From positions 2,354 through 66,353 of the forward strand of contig CAVPHU010000004.1 in assembly GCA_963704815.1 (NCBI GenBank): 64,000 nt of DNA. Reading direction: 5' to 3'. Of the stretch, positions 1 to 8,684 are shown one piece after another. Position 1 is the stretch's first letter. Each line of letters opens with the position of its first letter. A model generated the notes under the pieces. The model saw nothing but the letters and a program-made list of their open reading frames with translations, was not told where the DNA came from and ran no database searches. A program made the position numbers and the translations under genes. Source of the stretch: an uncultured Acidimicrobiaceae bacterium. Lineage in GTDB: Bacteria > Actinomycetota > Acidimicrobiia > Acidimicrobiales > Salinilacustritrichaceae.

Positions 1-1480
1 CCATCATCTCCGCCAAAGTCCGAGACACCACCGGGAAGTGGCTGTCGCTCGACGCCCGGTTCCTCAAGTACCAGCAACGAACGATCGGCTGGATCTACGA
101 CGCCGCCCTCCGCACCGAGCTCACCAACCGCCTTGGCGCCGGATGGAAGCTCCGAGACGGCGGCGTCTCCGACCTCGACTGGGTCCCCGACGACGTGCGC
201 GACCTGTTCTCGAAACGCTCCGACCAGGTCGACGCCAAACATGCCGAGCTGATCCGACGGTGGCGTAACGAGAACGACGGCGCAGACCCCGACGCACGCA
301 CGATCGCTCACCTGCAACGCAAAGCCGTCACCGCATCGAGGCCCGGAATGGGACACGGCGTCGACGCGATCGCACTGCACGCCGACTGGGCAATCGAAGC
401 TCGCAGCATTGGGATCGGGCCCGACCAGCTCACACCCGGAGAGATGGCACGCAACGAGCGGTCCAGCGGACCATCCGTCGACGAGGACCTGATCGACGAA
501 GCACTCCGCCACGTGAGCCAGGAAGCATCGACGTTCCTCCGAGCGGACGTTGCCCGGCACCTCGCCACGCTCCTCGAACCCGACACCGCCCCGACCGGCG
601 CCGGGCTGGTCGAAGAGATCGACCGCCTCGCCGAACTCGCAGAACAGCACTGCACACCGCTCGGACCCGAACCAACCGGCACACACCAGCACCGAACAGA
701 CGGACGGCCAGTCACCGAACACGTCACCGACCGTCGCTTCTCCACACCACACGTCCTCCACGAGGAGCAAACGCTCCAGGAGTGGGCCACCGCGAGCACC
801 CGGCGGGTCGCCGCCACCGGTGATCCACAGACGGACGCTGCCCGGGCAGTCGCCGGTGACGCGCCGCTCGTGGTCGTCGTTGGGCCCGCCGGAACCGGCA
901 AGACCCACACCACCGCGACCGCCGTGGCCGCGCTCCAAGCTGAGCGCCGGTCGGTCGTGGGACTCGCGCCGTCGGGCAAGGCCGCAGACGTGCTCCACCG
1001 CGGAGCCGGCTGCGAGACCAGCACCGTCGCCGGGTTCCTCCTCAACCACCGCTACCAGCAGTCGCGCTCTATCCCGCCGGCACGACCGTGATCCTCGATG
1101 AGTCCGGGATGATCGCGACCGCCGACCTCGCACGACTCGTCGAACTCGTGCGTGAGCACCAGTGGCGACTCGTCACCGTCGGTGACCCAGAGCAACTCCC
1201 CGCCGTCGAACGCGGCGGTGTATTCGCGCACTGGTGCAACACCCTGCCGGTCCACACACTCGACACACCTCGACGGTTCACCGGGGACTGGGAAACCGCC
1301 GCCAGTCTCGGACTCCGCGCCGGCCGGGCCGACGCCGTTCAGTCCTACGCCGACCACGGCCGATTCGCCACCGCACACCCCGCCCTCGTGGCGGAACGAG
1401 TCGCACGGCTCCATCAGACCCACGCCGCTGAGGGGCGGTTGGTGGCGATCACGACCAACACCGTCGTTGTCGCCGCCGGC
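1..1480 (+). pseudogene. MobF/TrwC-TraA-type conjugative relaxase-helicase. The 5' end lies outside the window, the frame breaks near 1070-1090, and homology is lost after ~1480.
   Basis: Frame from nt 3 reads IISAKVRDTTGKWLSLDARFLKYQQ... (relaxase-like). Walker A is VVVVGPAGTGKTHT. The helicase continues in another frame as TTVILDESGMI...VTVGDPEQLPAVERGG (1088-1250). Confidence 0.7.
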
Positions 1481-1512
1481 GACTTGGCTGATCCCCTGGA
1501 AACAAGGGGTTT

Positions 1513-1557
1513 TGGTGCGCCCGGAGGAACTCGAATCCCCAACCTTCTGATCCGTAG
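1513..1557 (-). other. tRNA 3'-half-like fragment (T arm, acceptor 3' strand, ACCA); not an intact tRNA
   Basis: Minus strand reads ...GGGGATTCGAGTTCCTCCGGGCGCACCA. No complementary 5' acceptor strand lies upstream. It sits where relaxase homology ends. Confidence 0.4.
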
Positions 1558-1765
1558 TCGCAGACGGCAGTTCTGTTGAGCGGCCATGGGCATCGACTCA
1601 GTTCGGGGGACGGAGCGCCAGACCGACGCCGGCGGTGGTATTCACTGAGACAGCTACGGAAGTCTGGGCGCTGCCGCAAGCGCCGGATTTTCTACCGGCT
1701 GACGGGCCGGTGGGCGTGCAGGGATCGGGTGCTCAGCGTCGCCGGGTGGTGCCCGTCGGTCGGCG

Positions 1766-2228
1766 GTGGCGGAGCGCACCGGACAGTGCCTCCCGGGAGG
1801 TGGACGTCAGCGAGAGACTGCCCGCCAAACGTCGGCGACGGTGACCCCGAGTCGCCGGAGTGGCGGGGGGACGCTCCTGCTGACCGGGCTGGTCGCGGCA
1901 CCCGCCGCAGTGTTCGCCCTCGGCGGTCTCATCTGGATGCGGCGGCGCAACCGTAAGCAGCAGGAGGAACTAGCCGAACAGCTTGACCAGGCCGAGAGCC
2001 AGATGGCCGCGACGCGGCCGGGGTTTCGAGGCTCTCGTTGAGATCCTCCCGCTGGCCACCGCGGCGCTGGACTACATCGCCACCCACGCTAGCCATGCCC
2101 TCAAGAGATGGGAGACGGAACTCGGTCCGCGACCGCTGAAGTGGAGCTCGTTGGAGGAGACGCAGCAGCAGCAGCAGCAGCAGCGATACCAAGACTTCAT
2201 CGAAATCGTCGCGGTCAGGTCGCAGTAG
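1766..2228 (+). pseudogene. Hypothetical membrane-anchored protein with a polyQ tract; two frames join at a GGGG run near 2020
   Basis: TM-like LLLTGLVAAPAAVFALGGLIWMRRRNRK, then EELAEQLDQAESQ. High-GC3 coding continues in the next frame (FEALVEILPLATAALDY...QQQQQQQRYQDFIEIV). Confidence 0.3.
2163..2183 (+). repeat. (CAG)7 trinucleotide microsatellite
   Basis: Seven perfect CAG units read directly; they encode Q7 in the + frame. Confidence 0.95.
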
Positions 2229-2558
2229 TCACGATCAATGTGCTGGCCCTCATGGAGAGCGACCACAATGACCGAGAGCATCTGATCGATATTGGCTGGC
2301 GAGACGTTGACTCAAGCGCAGCCCAATGTCGAGTCGTTGGTCTGATGCCCGTGTTTGGAGCAGATTGAGGTCGCACGCGAAACGCTCTGACTCGACTCTG
2401 GCGACCGCCCCGTCAGCGCCGGTCGAGCGGGAACCGGCCGAGACGACGCCGATCGCCGAGTCGCCCGCCGCCGCCAACGGCGAAACCCTGGCCGCTTGCC
2501 GATACATCGTCCGAGGCCTTCGTCACCCGCTACCGGCGGCCGCTTCGCCTGGGCCCGG

Positions 2559-2825
2559 TCAGGACCAGCCGGTCCACTTCCGCTCGGCGTCGTCATCGAC
2601 TCGGACTGCAAACAGCTGCTCGCGCGTGTTGCCGATCCCGGTGCGAACCTTCCAGCCGTTGCGCCGGGCGGCGAGTCGAGCGGCGGCACGCCACTCGTCG
2701 ACGGAATCGATCTCGGCGACCTCGACGATGACGTAGGTGGTCGACACCAGCACGCGGGCCAGGTCCACAGCAAGGCGTTCGATACGGCGCTGGCGGAGGT
2801 CCACGACGTTCGTTTCCGATCGCAT
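2559..2825 (-). CDS. Hypothetical small protein (88 aa)
   Basis: ATG at 2825 is preceded by a strong SD (GAAGGAGGG, 6-nt spacer). Protein-like sequence MRSETNVVDLRQRRIERLAVDLARVLV... Confidence 0.6.
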   Translation of the reverse strand: MRSETNVVDLRQRRIERLAVDLARVLVSTTYVIVEVAEIDSVDEWRAAARLAARRNGWKVRTGIGNTREQLFAVRVDDDAERKWTGWS

Positions 2826-2849
2826 GCGTACCCTCCTTCGGCGATCCGT

Positions 2850-2871
2850 CCGGTAGAGATCCGGTAGAGAT
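2850..2871. repeat. 11-nt tandem direct repeat (CCGGTAGAGAT x2)
   Basis: Read directly. It lies between the small CDS start and the tRNA-Leu half copy. Confidence 0.9.
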
Positions 2872-2916
2872 CGCCCACTTTTCGCCTCCGGCAAGCCCCT
2901 GACCAGGGCATTCAGA

Positions 2917-2972
2917 GTGGGCGAGGGGGGACTTGAACCCCCACGTCCTTTCGGACACAGGAACCTGAATCC
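2917..2972 (-). repeat. Copy of the 3' half of tRNA-Leu(CAG): att-like direct repeat
   Basis: 54/56 identical to 12730-12785. The two differences are a compensatory pair in the T stem. Confidence 0.85.
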
Positions 2973-3184
2973 GGTCACGACGGTTCTGATCAGTGCCAAG
3001 CGAGGCCGAATTGTGCTGCTGACTGCGGCGCTCGCGAGGGGCATGCCCCCTCGATGATGGGCCGTACTGGCGCGTGTCGTTGTGTTCGGTTGCAGTCCGG
3101 GTTGCAGCTTCCGAGGAGCGCTGCGATGTCCACGGTGTCCAAGATCCCGGGTCACCTCCAGTCCGTCGATCGTGCGCGATCGAT

Positions 3185-3571
3185 GTCAGACCTCGCGCGC
3201 GTTGACCAGGAGCAAAGCCCACTCGGCGAACGATCCCAATCGTGCAGGCCCTCGACCGAAGGGAAGGGCCCAGATCCCCGAGCGAGACAGGTCGACGACT
3301 TCCCCATCGCAAGGCTCGAGAAATGGCGATTGTTGCCGAATGACTCCGGAGAAGGCCGGATGCACTTCGAAAGAGAGAAGGTCCTCGAACCGGGACTCAC
3401 CGGGTCCGATACAGCGATCGAACTGTTAGCCGGTCGTCGCTGAAGAAGACGGAAGGACGGTCTTTGACCCAGACGGTTAGACCAATGGCCAGAATCGACG
3501 GCTAGATAGCCGTTGACCGGTCCACCTGCCTCCTCGATGGAGATCAGGTCCTCTTGGATCGAACTCGACAT
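3185..3571 (-). pseudogene. Hypothetical protein spread over three frames
   Basis: MSSSIQEDLISIEEAGGPVNGYLAVDSGHW / TVWVKDRPSVFFSDDRLT / FDRCIGPGESRFEDLLSFEVHPAF...LLLVNAREV read in successive frames. Lower-GC region. Confidence 0.25.
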
Positions 3572-3600
3572 CGGGATGTGACGCTCACGGGCGTCGGAAC

Positions 3601-4134
3601 TCAGCGCTCGATCCGTCTACCAGCATCGAGAGCCGCTTTGCGATGCACCGATGGAGCACGCTTTGCGCATCTCTGCTCGACGAGCGACAGAACCTTGCCC
3701 TGGCGTGACAGCACCCAGACACCGCCCTTGTCGAACGAGATCTGGTGGACGCCCCTGCCGAGTGTGTCCACGACGGCTGTCAGCGCCTCGAGGACATCGC
3801 CGTGCGTGCACGCGACGCTGCCATCGGGAAGCTGTCGGAGGAGCCTCCACGTCTCCTCCACGGGTGCCCCTTCCGCGAGCGAGGCGTTGAACACGACCGG
3901 CTTGCGGTGCCGCGTTGCGAGGGGCTGGACGGTCTGGACACAGCGTACGTAGGGGCTCGAAACAACCTGACCGGCGGACGTCAAGTCCAAGAGGTGCACC
4001 AGCCGGACCGCCTGCGCCTGCCCGCTGCTGCTCAGCGGGCGCAGCCGATCGTCGGGGCCGTGTCCTCGGACTCCCGCGTCGGCGTGGCGGACGACGTAGA
4101 CTCGCGCATGTTTCGCCGGGTGCGACGGGGCCAT
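3601..4134 (-). CDS. Histidine phosphatase family protein (SixA/PGAM-like)
   Basis: RVYVVRHADAG (RHG-type motif) near the N-terminus and a later THGDV motif. Start chosen at the internal Met (MAPSHPAK). Confidence 0.7.
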   Translation of the reverse strand: MAPSHPAKHARVYVVRHADAGVRGHGPDDRLRPLSSSGQAQAVRLVHLLDLTSAGQVVSSPYVRCVQTVQPLATRHRKPVVFNASLAEGAPVEETWRLLRQLPDGSVACTHGDVLEALTAVVDTLGRGVHQISFDKGGVWVLSRQGKVLSLVEQRCAKRAPSVHRKAALDAGRRIER

Positions 4135-4276
4135 GGGTCGATTGTGATGTGATACCGGAGCGGGCTCTTCATCCACTTCGTACGAACGGGGATGCATCGC
4201 ACAGAACGGATGACGCCGATCGCGTCGCTGTGCTCCACAGTCGAGTGGTATCGGTTGGTCGAGATCAAAGGAAGAG

Positions 4277-5698
4277 TTGATGGGTATCTCGGAGAATTCG
4301 CAGCGTTATCCCCGCTGGTCGCTCGAGAGTCGGCGTGAGCCCAGGACAGCGCGGGCCGCGGCCGGTCGTGGCCGGCGTGAGTCGGTGCCGCTCGATGACC
4401 ACGCGGAACTGGTCGTTCCCGATGACCGAGCCAGCGCCCTGGCGACCCTGCAGGCCCAGGACGCAAATCGATTGCAGGATCTGGTCCCGATCCGATACGG
4501 GCGCATGTTGGCGACGCCGTTCACGTTCCTGCGCGGGTCGGCGGCGGTCATGGCCGCCGACCTGGCGGCCGGTCCGCGTACCGACATCACTGTGCAGCTG
4601 TGCGGTGACGCCCATTTGTCGAACTTCGGGATGTTCTCCTCACCCGAACGCCGTCTCGTGTTCGACATCAACGACTTCGACGAGACGCTTCCGGGTCCCT
4701 TCGAATGGGACGTCAAGCGACTCGCGGCCAGTGTCGTGGTGGCGGGCAGGAACAACCATTTCGACAAGAAGACCAATCGGAAGCTGGCACGAGCAGCGAC
4801 CGCCGCGTATCGCCGGGCAATCGAGACTGCGGCGGCGATGAACCCCCTCGATCTCTTCTACTACCGGCTGGATGTCCAGGAACTGGCCACGACGCTCGCC
4901 ACGGCGAAGAGCGATCGCCGCCGGCTGGCGAAGACACGCAAGAAGTCCGCCAGGAAGAACAGCCTCGGGGCGCTGCGCAAGCTCACCGATGTGGTCGACG
5001 GGAGGCGGGTCATCGTGTCGAACCCGCCCCTGATCGTGGCGATGACCGATGCTCAGCGCCGGGAGGAGATGACGCAGATCGAAGGGTTCTTCGACGACTA
5101 CCGGGCAACGCTGAACGCCGACCGGCGCCAGCTGATGGACCGCTACTCGCTGACGGACCTGGCAGCCAAGGTGGTCGGCGTCGGCAGCGTCGGTACCCGA
5201 TGTCTGATCGCGCTGTTCGAATCGGGTGACGGTGAACCGCTGTTCCTACAGATCAAGGAGGCGGCGCCCTCGGCGCTCAAGGCCCACCTGGTGCCGAGCG
5301 AATTCGACCAGGAGGGCCACCGCGTCGTCGACGGGCAACGAAGGATCCAGGCGACACCGGACGCGCTGCTCGGGTGGGCCCGCTACGAACGCAGCGACAA
5401 ATCGACCACCGACTTCTACGTCCGGCAACTCTGGGACGGCAAGGCGTCCGCCGACGTCGAAACCATGAAGGCCAAGGTGTTGCGGCGCTATGCGAATGCC
5501 TGCGGGGCAGCGCTCGGACGCGCCCACGCCCGGTCCGGCGACGCGCCGATGATCTCCGGATACATCGGCGACGACGACACCTTCGATCGGGCGGTCGCCC
5601 GGTTTGCCGAGGCATACGCCGATCGCACCGAGCAGGACTACGACGAACTCATCGATGCCGTCGACGACGGCCGGGTGCCGATCGTTCGCGATCTCTGA
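4277..5698 (+). CDS. DUF2252 domain-containing protein
   Basis: LVPIRYGRMLATPFTFLRGSAAVMAADL...CGDAHLSNFGMFSSPERRLVFDINDFDETLPGPFEWDVKRLAAS is typical of the family. Confidence 0.75.
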   Translation: MMGISENSQRYPRWSLESRREPRTARAAAGRGRRESVPLDDHAELVVPDDRASALATLQAQDANRLQDLVPIRYGRMLATPFTFLRGSAAVMAADLAAGPRTDITVQLCGDAHLSNFGMFSSPERRLVFDINDFDETLPGPFEWDVKRLAASVVVAGRNNHFDKKTNRKLARAATAAYRRAIETAAAMNPLDLFYYRLDVQELATTLATAKSDRRRLAKTRKKSARKNSLGALRKLTDVVDGRRVIVSNPPLIVAMTDAQRREEMTQIEGFFDDYRATLNADRRQLMDRYSLTDLAAKVVGVGSVGTRCLIALFESGDGEPLFLQIKEAAPSALKAHLVPSEFDQEGHRVVDGQRRIQATPDALLGWARYERSDKSTTDFYVRQLWDGKASADVETMKAKVLRRYANACGAALGRAHARSGDAPMISGYIGDDDTFDRAVARFAEAYADRTEQDYDELIDAVDDGRVPIVRDL

Positions 5699-5785
5699 AC
5701 ACGTCGTCGACGTCCCGCGCCTCGAGGTCGGAGCCCCAGACCGTCAGCAACCTGGCGACCGTGTCCCTCTATCATCATCGGGACA

Positions 5786-8032
5786 ATGAGCGCGGGGATC
5801 GTGGCCGACATTGGGAATCGCCTGGTGGCGGCGAAGACCAGCGTTCCGCGCCTTCGCTCGGCGATCGTCCGGCGCCAGCGCCTGACGAGCCGGCTCGCCG
5901 CCAGCGCGGACCTCCCGCTGGTCGTCGTGTCGGCGCCGGTCGGATACGGCAAGACGACACTGCTCCTCGACTGGCTACAGCACGACGATCGCGCGATCGC
6001 GTGGGTGTCGTTGGATCGTGCCGACGACGACGTCGCGACGCTGATGACGTCGATCATCGCCGGGGTGAAACGGGTGCGAGAGCTCGACCCCTCCCTCTGC
6101 AGGGACCTGGGTTCGCCCGACGTCTCCGTCCTCGGCCGGGTCGTGCCGGGGTTGGCGGCCTCGATCGGTGCGGTCGATGAGCCGCTCGTCGTCGTGTTGG
6201 ACCGTCTCGAAGAGATCCGATCACTCGACTGCCATGACGCGCTCAGCCTGCTCCTCGATCTCCTGCCTGAGCAGGCTCAGTTGGTCGTCTCCAGTCGCCA
6301 GGAGGTGTGGCTCGCAGGGGGCCGTCGGCGCGTGCGCGGCGAGGTGCTCGAGATCGGCGCGGCCGATCTCGCCTTCGACACCGTCGAGACGGAGGAGCTC
6401 CTCGATCTCCACCAGTTGGCACCGTCACCCCAACGGGTTGGTCGGTTGCTCGAGCGAACGGAGGGATGGCCCGCCGGCCTGGCACTCCTCTTGCTCACCG
6501 ACCGAAGCGACTCCGCAACGACCGGTTCCAGCATCGCACCGTCGGCGCACGACCGGGCCGTTGCCGAGTTCATCCGATCGGAGGTCCTGACCGGGCTCTC
6601 GCCCGAGACCGTTCGCTTCCTCTATCGGACGGCGATCCTGGACGTGTTGAGCGCACCGTTGTGCGACGCGGTCCTCGACTCGACGCAGTCGGCCGAAGTG
6701 TTGGAGGGGTTGTTGAGTGCCGGCCTGCTCATCACGCCACTCGACAACAGCGGGGGGTGGTACCGCTACCACCCGCTCTTCAGAACCATGCTCCTCGACG
6801 AGGCCAGCCGTTTCGAACCGGACACCCTTCGGGAGCGCCACGTGCGCGCCGCTCGCTGGTGGGCGGCTGCCGGTTCCGTCGAGCACACGATCGAACATGC
6901 CCGGGCAGGCGGAGATCTCACCATCGCTGCTGACCTCATGGTCACGGAGGTGCCGCCGGCGTACAACGACGGACGGTCGAGCACGGTCAGGCGATGGCTG
7001 GACCAACTCGGCGAGGAGACGATCGTACGGAATCCGGAACTGGCCGGATTGGCCGGCTGGCTGGAAGCGTTGATCGGGAATGCCGTCGAAGCGCAGCGCT
7101 GGGCCGACCGCATCGAGCATCTGACATCCGAGGGTGTCCCGGAGGTCGATTCGTTCGTGTCGAGCCGTGCTGCGCTCCGGGCCTTTCTCTGTGCGCACGG
7201 CATCGAGCAGATGGAAGCGGACGCAAGATGGGTCGTGACCGATGAGCCGGTCTGGGGCCCATGGCGGCCCGCTTCCCTCGGCTTCCTGGCGGCGGCCCGA
7301 TGGCTGCAGGACGACGACGACGAGGCGTTCACACTCTTCTCGCAGAGCATCGAGGTGACGACCAGCGTCGACGGATTCGAGGACCCCGAGGCGCGCTACC
7401 TCGCCTACCGGGCGGTGCTGTCGATGGATCGTGGCGACTGGGCGAGTGCCGACCGCGACCTCGAACTCGCCGTCTCGGTGATCGATGCCGCACATCTCTC
7501 CGAGTACGCGGTCAACTCGATCGTCGAAGCGGCCCACGCCCGGCTGTTGCTGCACCACAACGAGAACGAGACGGGTCGGGCGTCGTTGTTCCATGCGATG
7601 CGTCTGCGGACGTCGGTCACCTGGGTGAACCCGTGGGGTGCGGTGTGGTTGCGTCTCGAGATGGCCGATGCCCACCTGGTGTTGAGCGATCCTGGGGCCG
7701 CGACGACCCTGCTCGAGGAGGTCGATGGGATCCTGTACCGGCGACCGAAACTCGGCCGCCTCGGCGCGCGTGCAGACGCGCTCCGACAGACGTTGAGCGA
7801 GTGGCCGACCAATCTGCACGGCACCGCACTGTCGACCGCCGAACTCCGTCTGCTGCCGTATCTGCAGACGCATCTCTCGCTCAAGGAGATCGGTGCACGG
7901 TTGTACGTTTCGAGGAACACGGTGAGCACACAGACCAACTCGATCTACCGGAAGCTGGCGGTGTCCTGCCGGAGCGATGCGGTCGACCGTGCCCGGGAGT
8001 TGGGCCTGCTGGCGCCGAACGTGCTCGGCTGA
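5786..8032 (+). CDS. LuxR-family transcriptional regulator, MalT/LAL-like (P-loop NTPase + helical repeats + C-terminal HTH)
   Basis: P-loop SAPVGYGKTTLL. C-terminal LuxR HTH: LSTAELRLLPYLQTHLSLKEIGARLYVSRNTVSTQTNSIYRKL. Confidence 0.85.
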   Translation: MSAGIVADIGNRLVAAKTSVPRLRSAIVRRQRLTSRLAASADLPLVVVSAPVGYGKTTLLLDWLQHDDRAIAWVSLDRADDDVATLMTSIIAGVKRVRELDPSLCRDLGSPDVSVLGRVVPGLAASIGAVDEPLVVVLDRLEEIRSLDCHDALSLLLDLLPEQAQLVVSSRQEVWLAGGRRRVRGEVLEIGAADLAFDTVETEELLDLHQLAPSPQRVGRLLERTEGWPAGLALLLLTDRSDSATTGSSIAPSAHDRAVAEFIRSEVLTGLSPETVRFLYRTAILDVLSAPLCDAVLDSTQSAEVLEGLLSAGLLITPLDNSGGWYRYHPLFRTMLLDEASRFEPDTLRERHVRAARWWAAAGSVEHTIEHARAGGDLTIAADLMVTEVPPAYNDGRSSTVRRWLDQLGEETIVRNPELAGLAGWLEALIGNAVEAQRWADRIEHLTSEGVPEVDSFVSSRAALRAFLCAHGIEQMEADARWVVTDEPVWGPWRPASLGFLAAARWLQDDDDEAFTLFSQSIEVTTSVDGFEDPEARYLAYRAVLSMDRGDWASADRDLELAVSVIDAAHLSEYAVNSIVEAAHARLLLHHNENETGRASLFHAMRLRTSVTWVNPWGAVWLRLEMADAHLVLSDPGAATTLLEEVDGILYRRPKLGRLGARADALRQTLSEWPTNLHGTALSTAELRLLPYLQTHLSLKEIGARLYVSRNTVSTQTNSIYRKLAVSCRSDAVDRARELGLLAPNVLG

Positions 8033-8153
8033 CATCGAGCATTCGCGGGTCGATCCGTTCGGTGATGAGATCACCCAGGTTGCATGATTGCCGTCGCGCA
8101 GGGTGCCATCAGGATGGCCGTGTCAAGCAGTTCACCGAACGAAGGAGCAGGAC

Positions 8154-8681
8154 ATGGCAATGGACACATTCATGGCGTACGTCGGCGTGTACTCGAACGT
8201 CGAGACTGCCAAGGCGGACTACGACGCAGTCCACGACCTCCACACCAAGGACGGGCTGATCGACGCGTATGACGCCGCTGTCATCGAGCGCAAGGACAAC
8301 GGCAAGGTCAAGATCTCCAAGAAGCACGAAACGCCCACACGGGCTGGCGGCTGGGGCGGCGCAGGCATCGGCCTCGCCACCGGCCTCGTGGTCGCGCTGT
8401 TCCCGGCGGCCGCGCTCGGGGGCGGACTGCTCGCAGCAACCACCGGTGGCGGTGCGGCCCTCGGTGCAATGGCCGGGCACGCAGCAGCTGGCATGAGCCG
8501 CAAGGACCTCAAGGAGCTCGGCGAACACCTCGATGCCGGCCAGGCCGGTCTCGTCGTGGTCGGCGTGTCCGACATGGGCGCGAAGATCGAGGGCGTCATG
8601 ACCCAGGCCGACAAGGTCGAGGAGAAGCAACTCCAGGCCGACACCGCCGAGATCCAGAAGGATGCCGAGGAGGAGAGCTGA
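8154..8681 (+). CDS. DUF1269-like membrane protein (glycine-zipper segment)
   Basis: SD GAAGGAG lies 6 nt before the ATG at 8154. Gly/Ala-rich TM stretch GGWGGAGIGLATGLVVALFPAAALGGGLLAATTGGGAALGAMAG. Confidence 0.6.
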   Translation: MAMDTFMAYVGVYSNVETAKADYDAVHDLHTKDGLIDAYDAAVIERKDNGKVKISKKHETPTRAGGWGGAGIGLATGLVVALFPAAALGGGLLAATTGGGAALGAMAGHAAAGMSRKDLKELGEHLDAGQAGLVVVGVSDMGAKIEGVMTQADKVEEKQLQADTAEIQKDAEEES

Positions 8682-8684
8682 CGC

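Noticed and set aside
1513-1590. Possible intact tRNA on the minus strand
   Set aside because: Only the T arm and 3' acceptor strand are tRNA-like. The upstream sequence cannot pair with CGGGCGC, no 5+7+5 anticodon arm can be drawn, and position 53-61 would be A-T.
1850-1960. C-terminal sortase (LPXTG) sorting signal suggested by GG-TLLLTGLVAAPAAVFALGGLIWMRRRNRK
   Set aside because: No LPXTG/LAXTG motif precedes it in any frame. The reading frame also continues for more than 90 codons after the basic patch, so it is an internal TM anchor at best.
6425-8074. 549-aa minus-strand ORF
   Set aside because: It is an antisense shadow of the LuxR/MalT-like gene. Its composition is Arg/Gly/Pro-rich and it has poor third-position GC bias compared with the plus frame.
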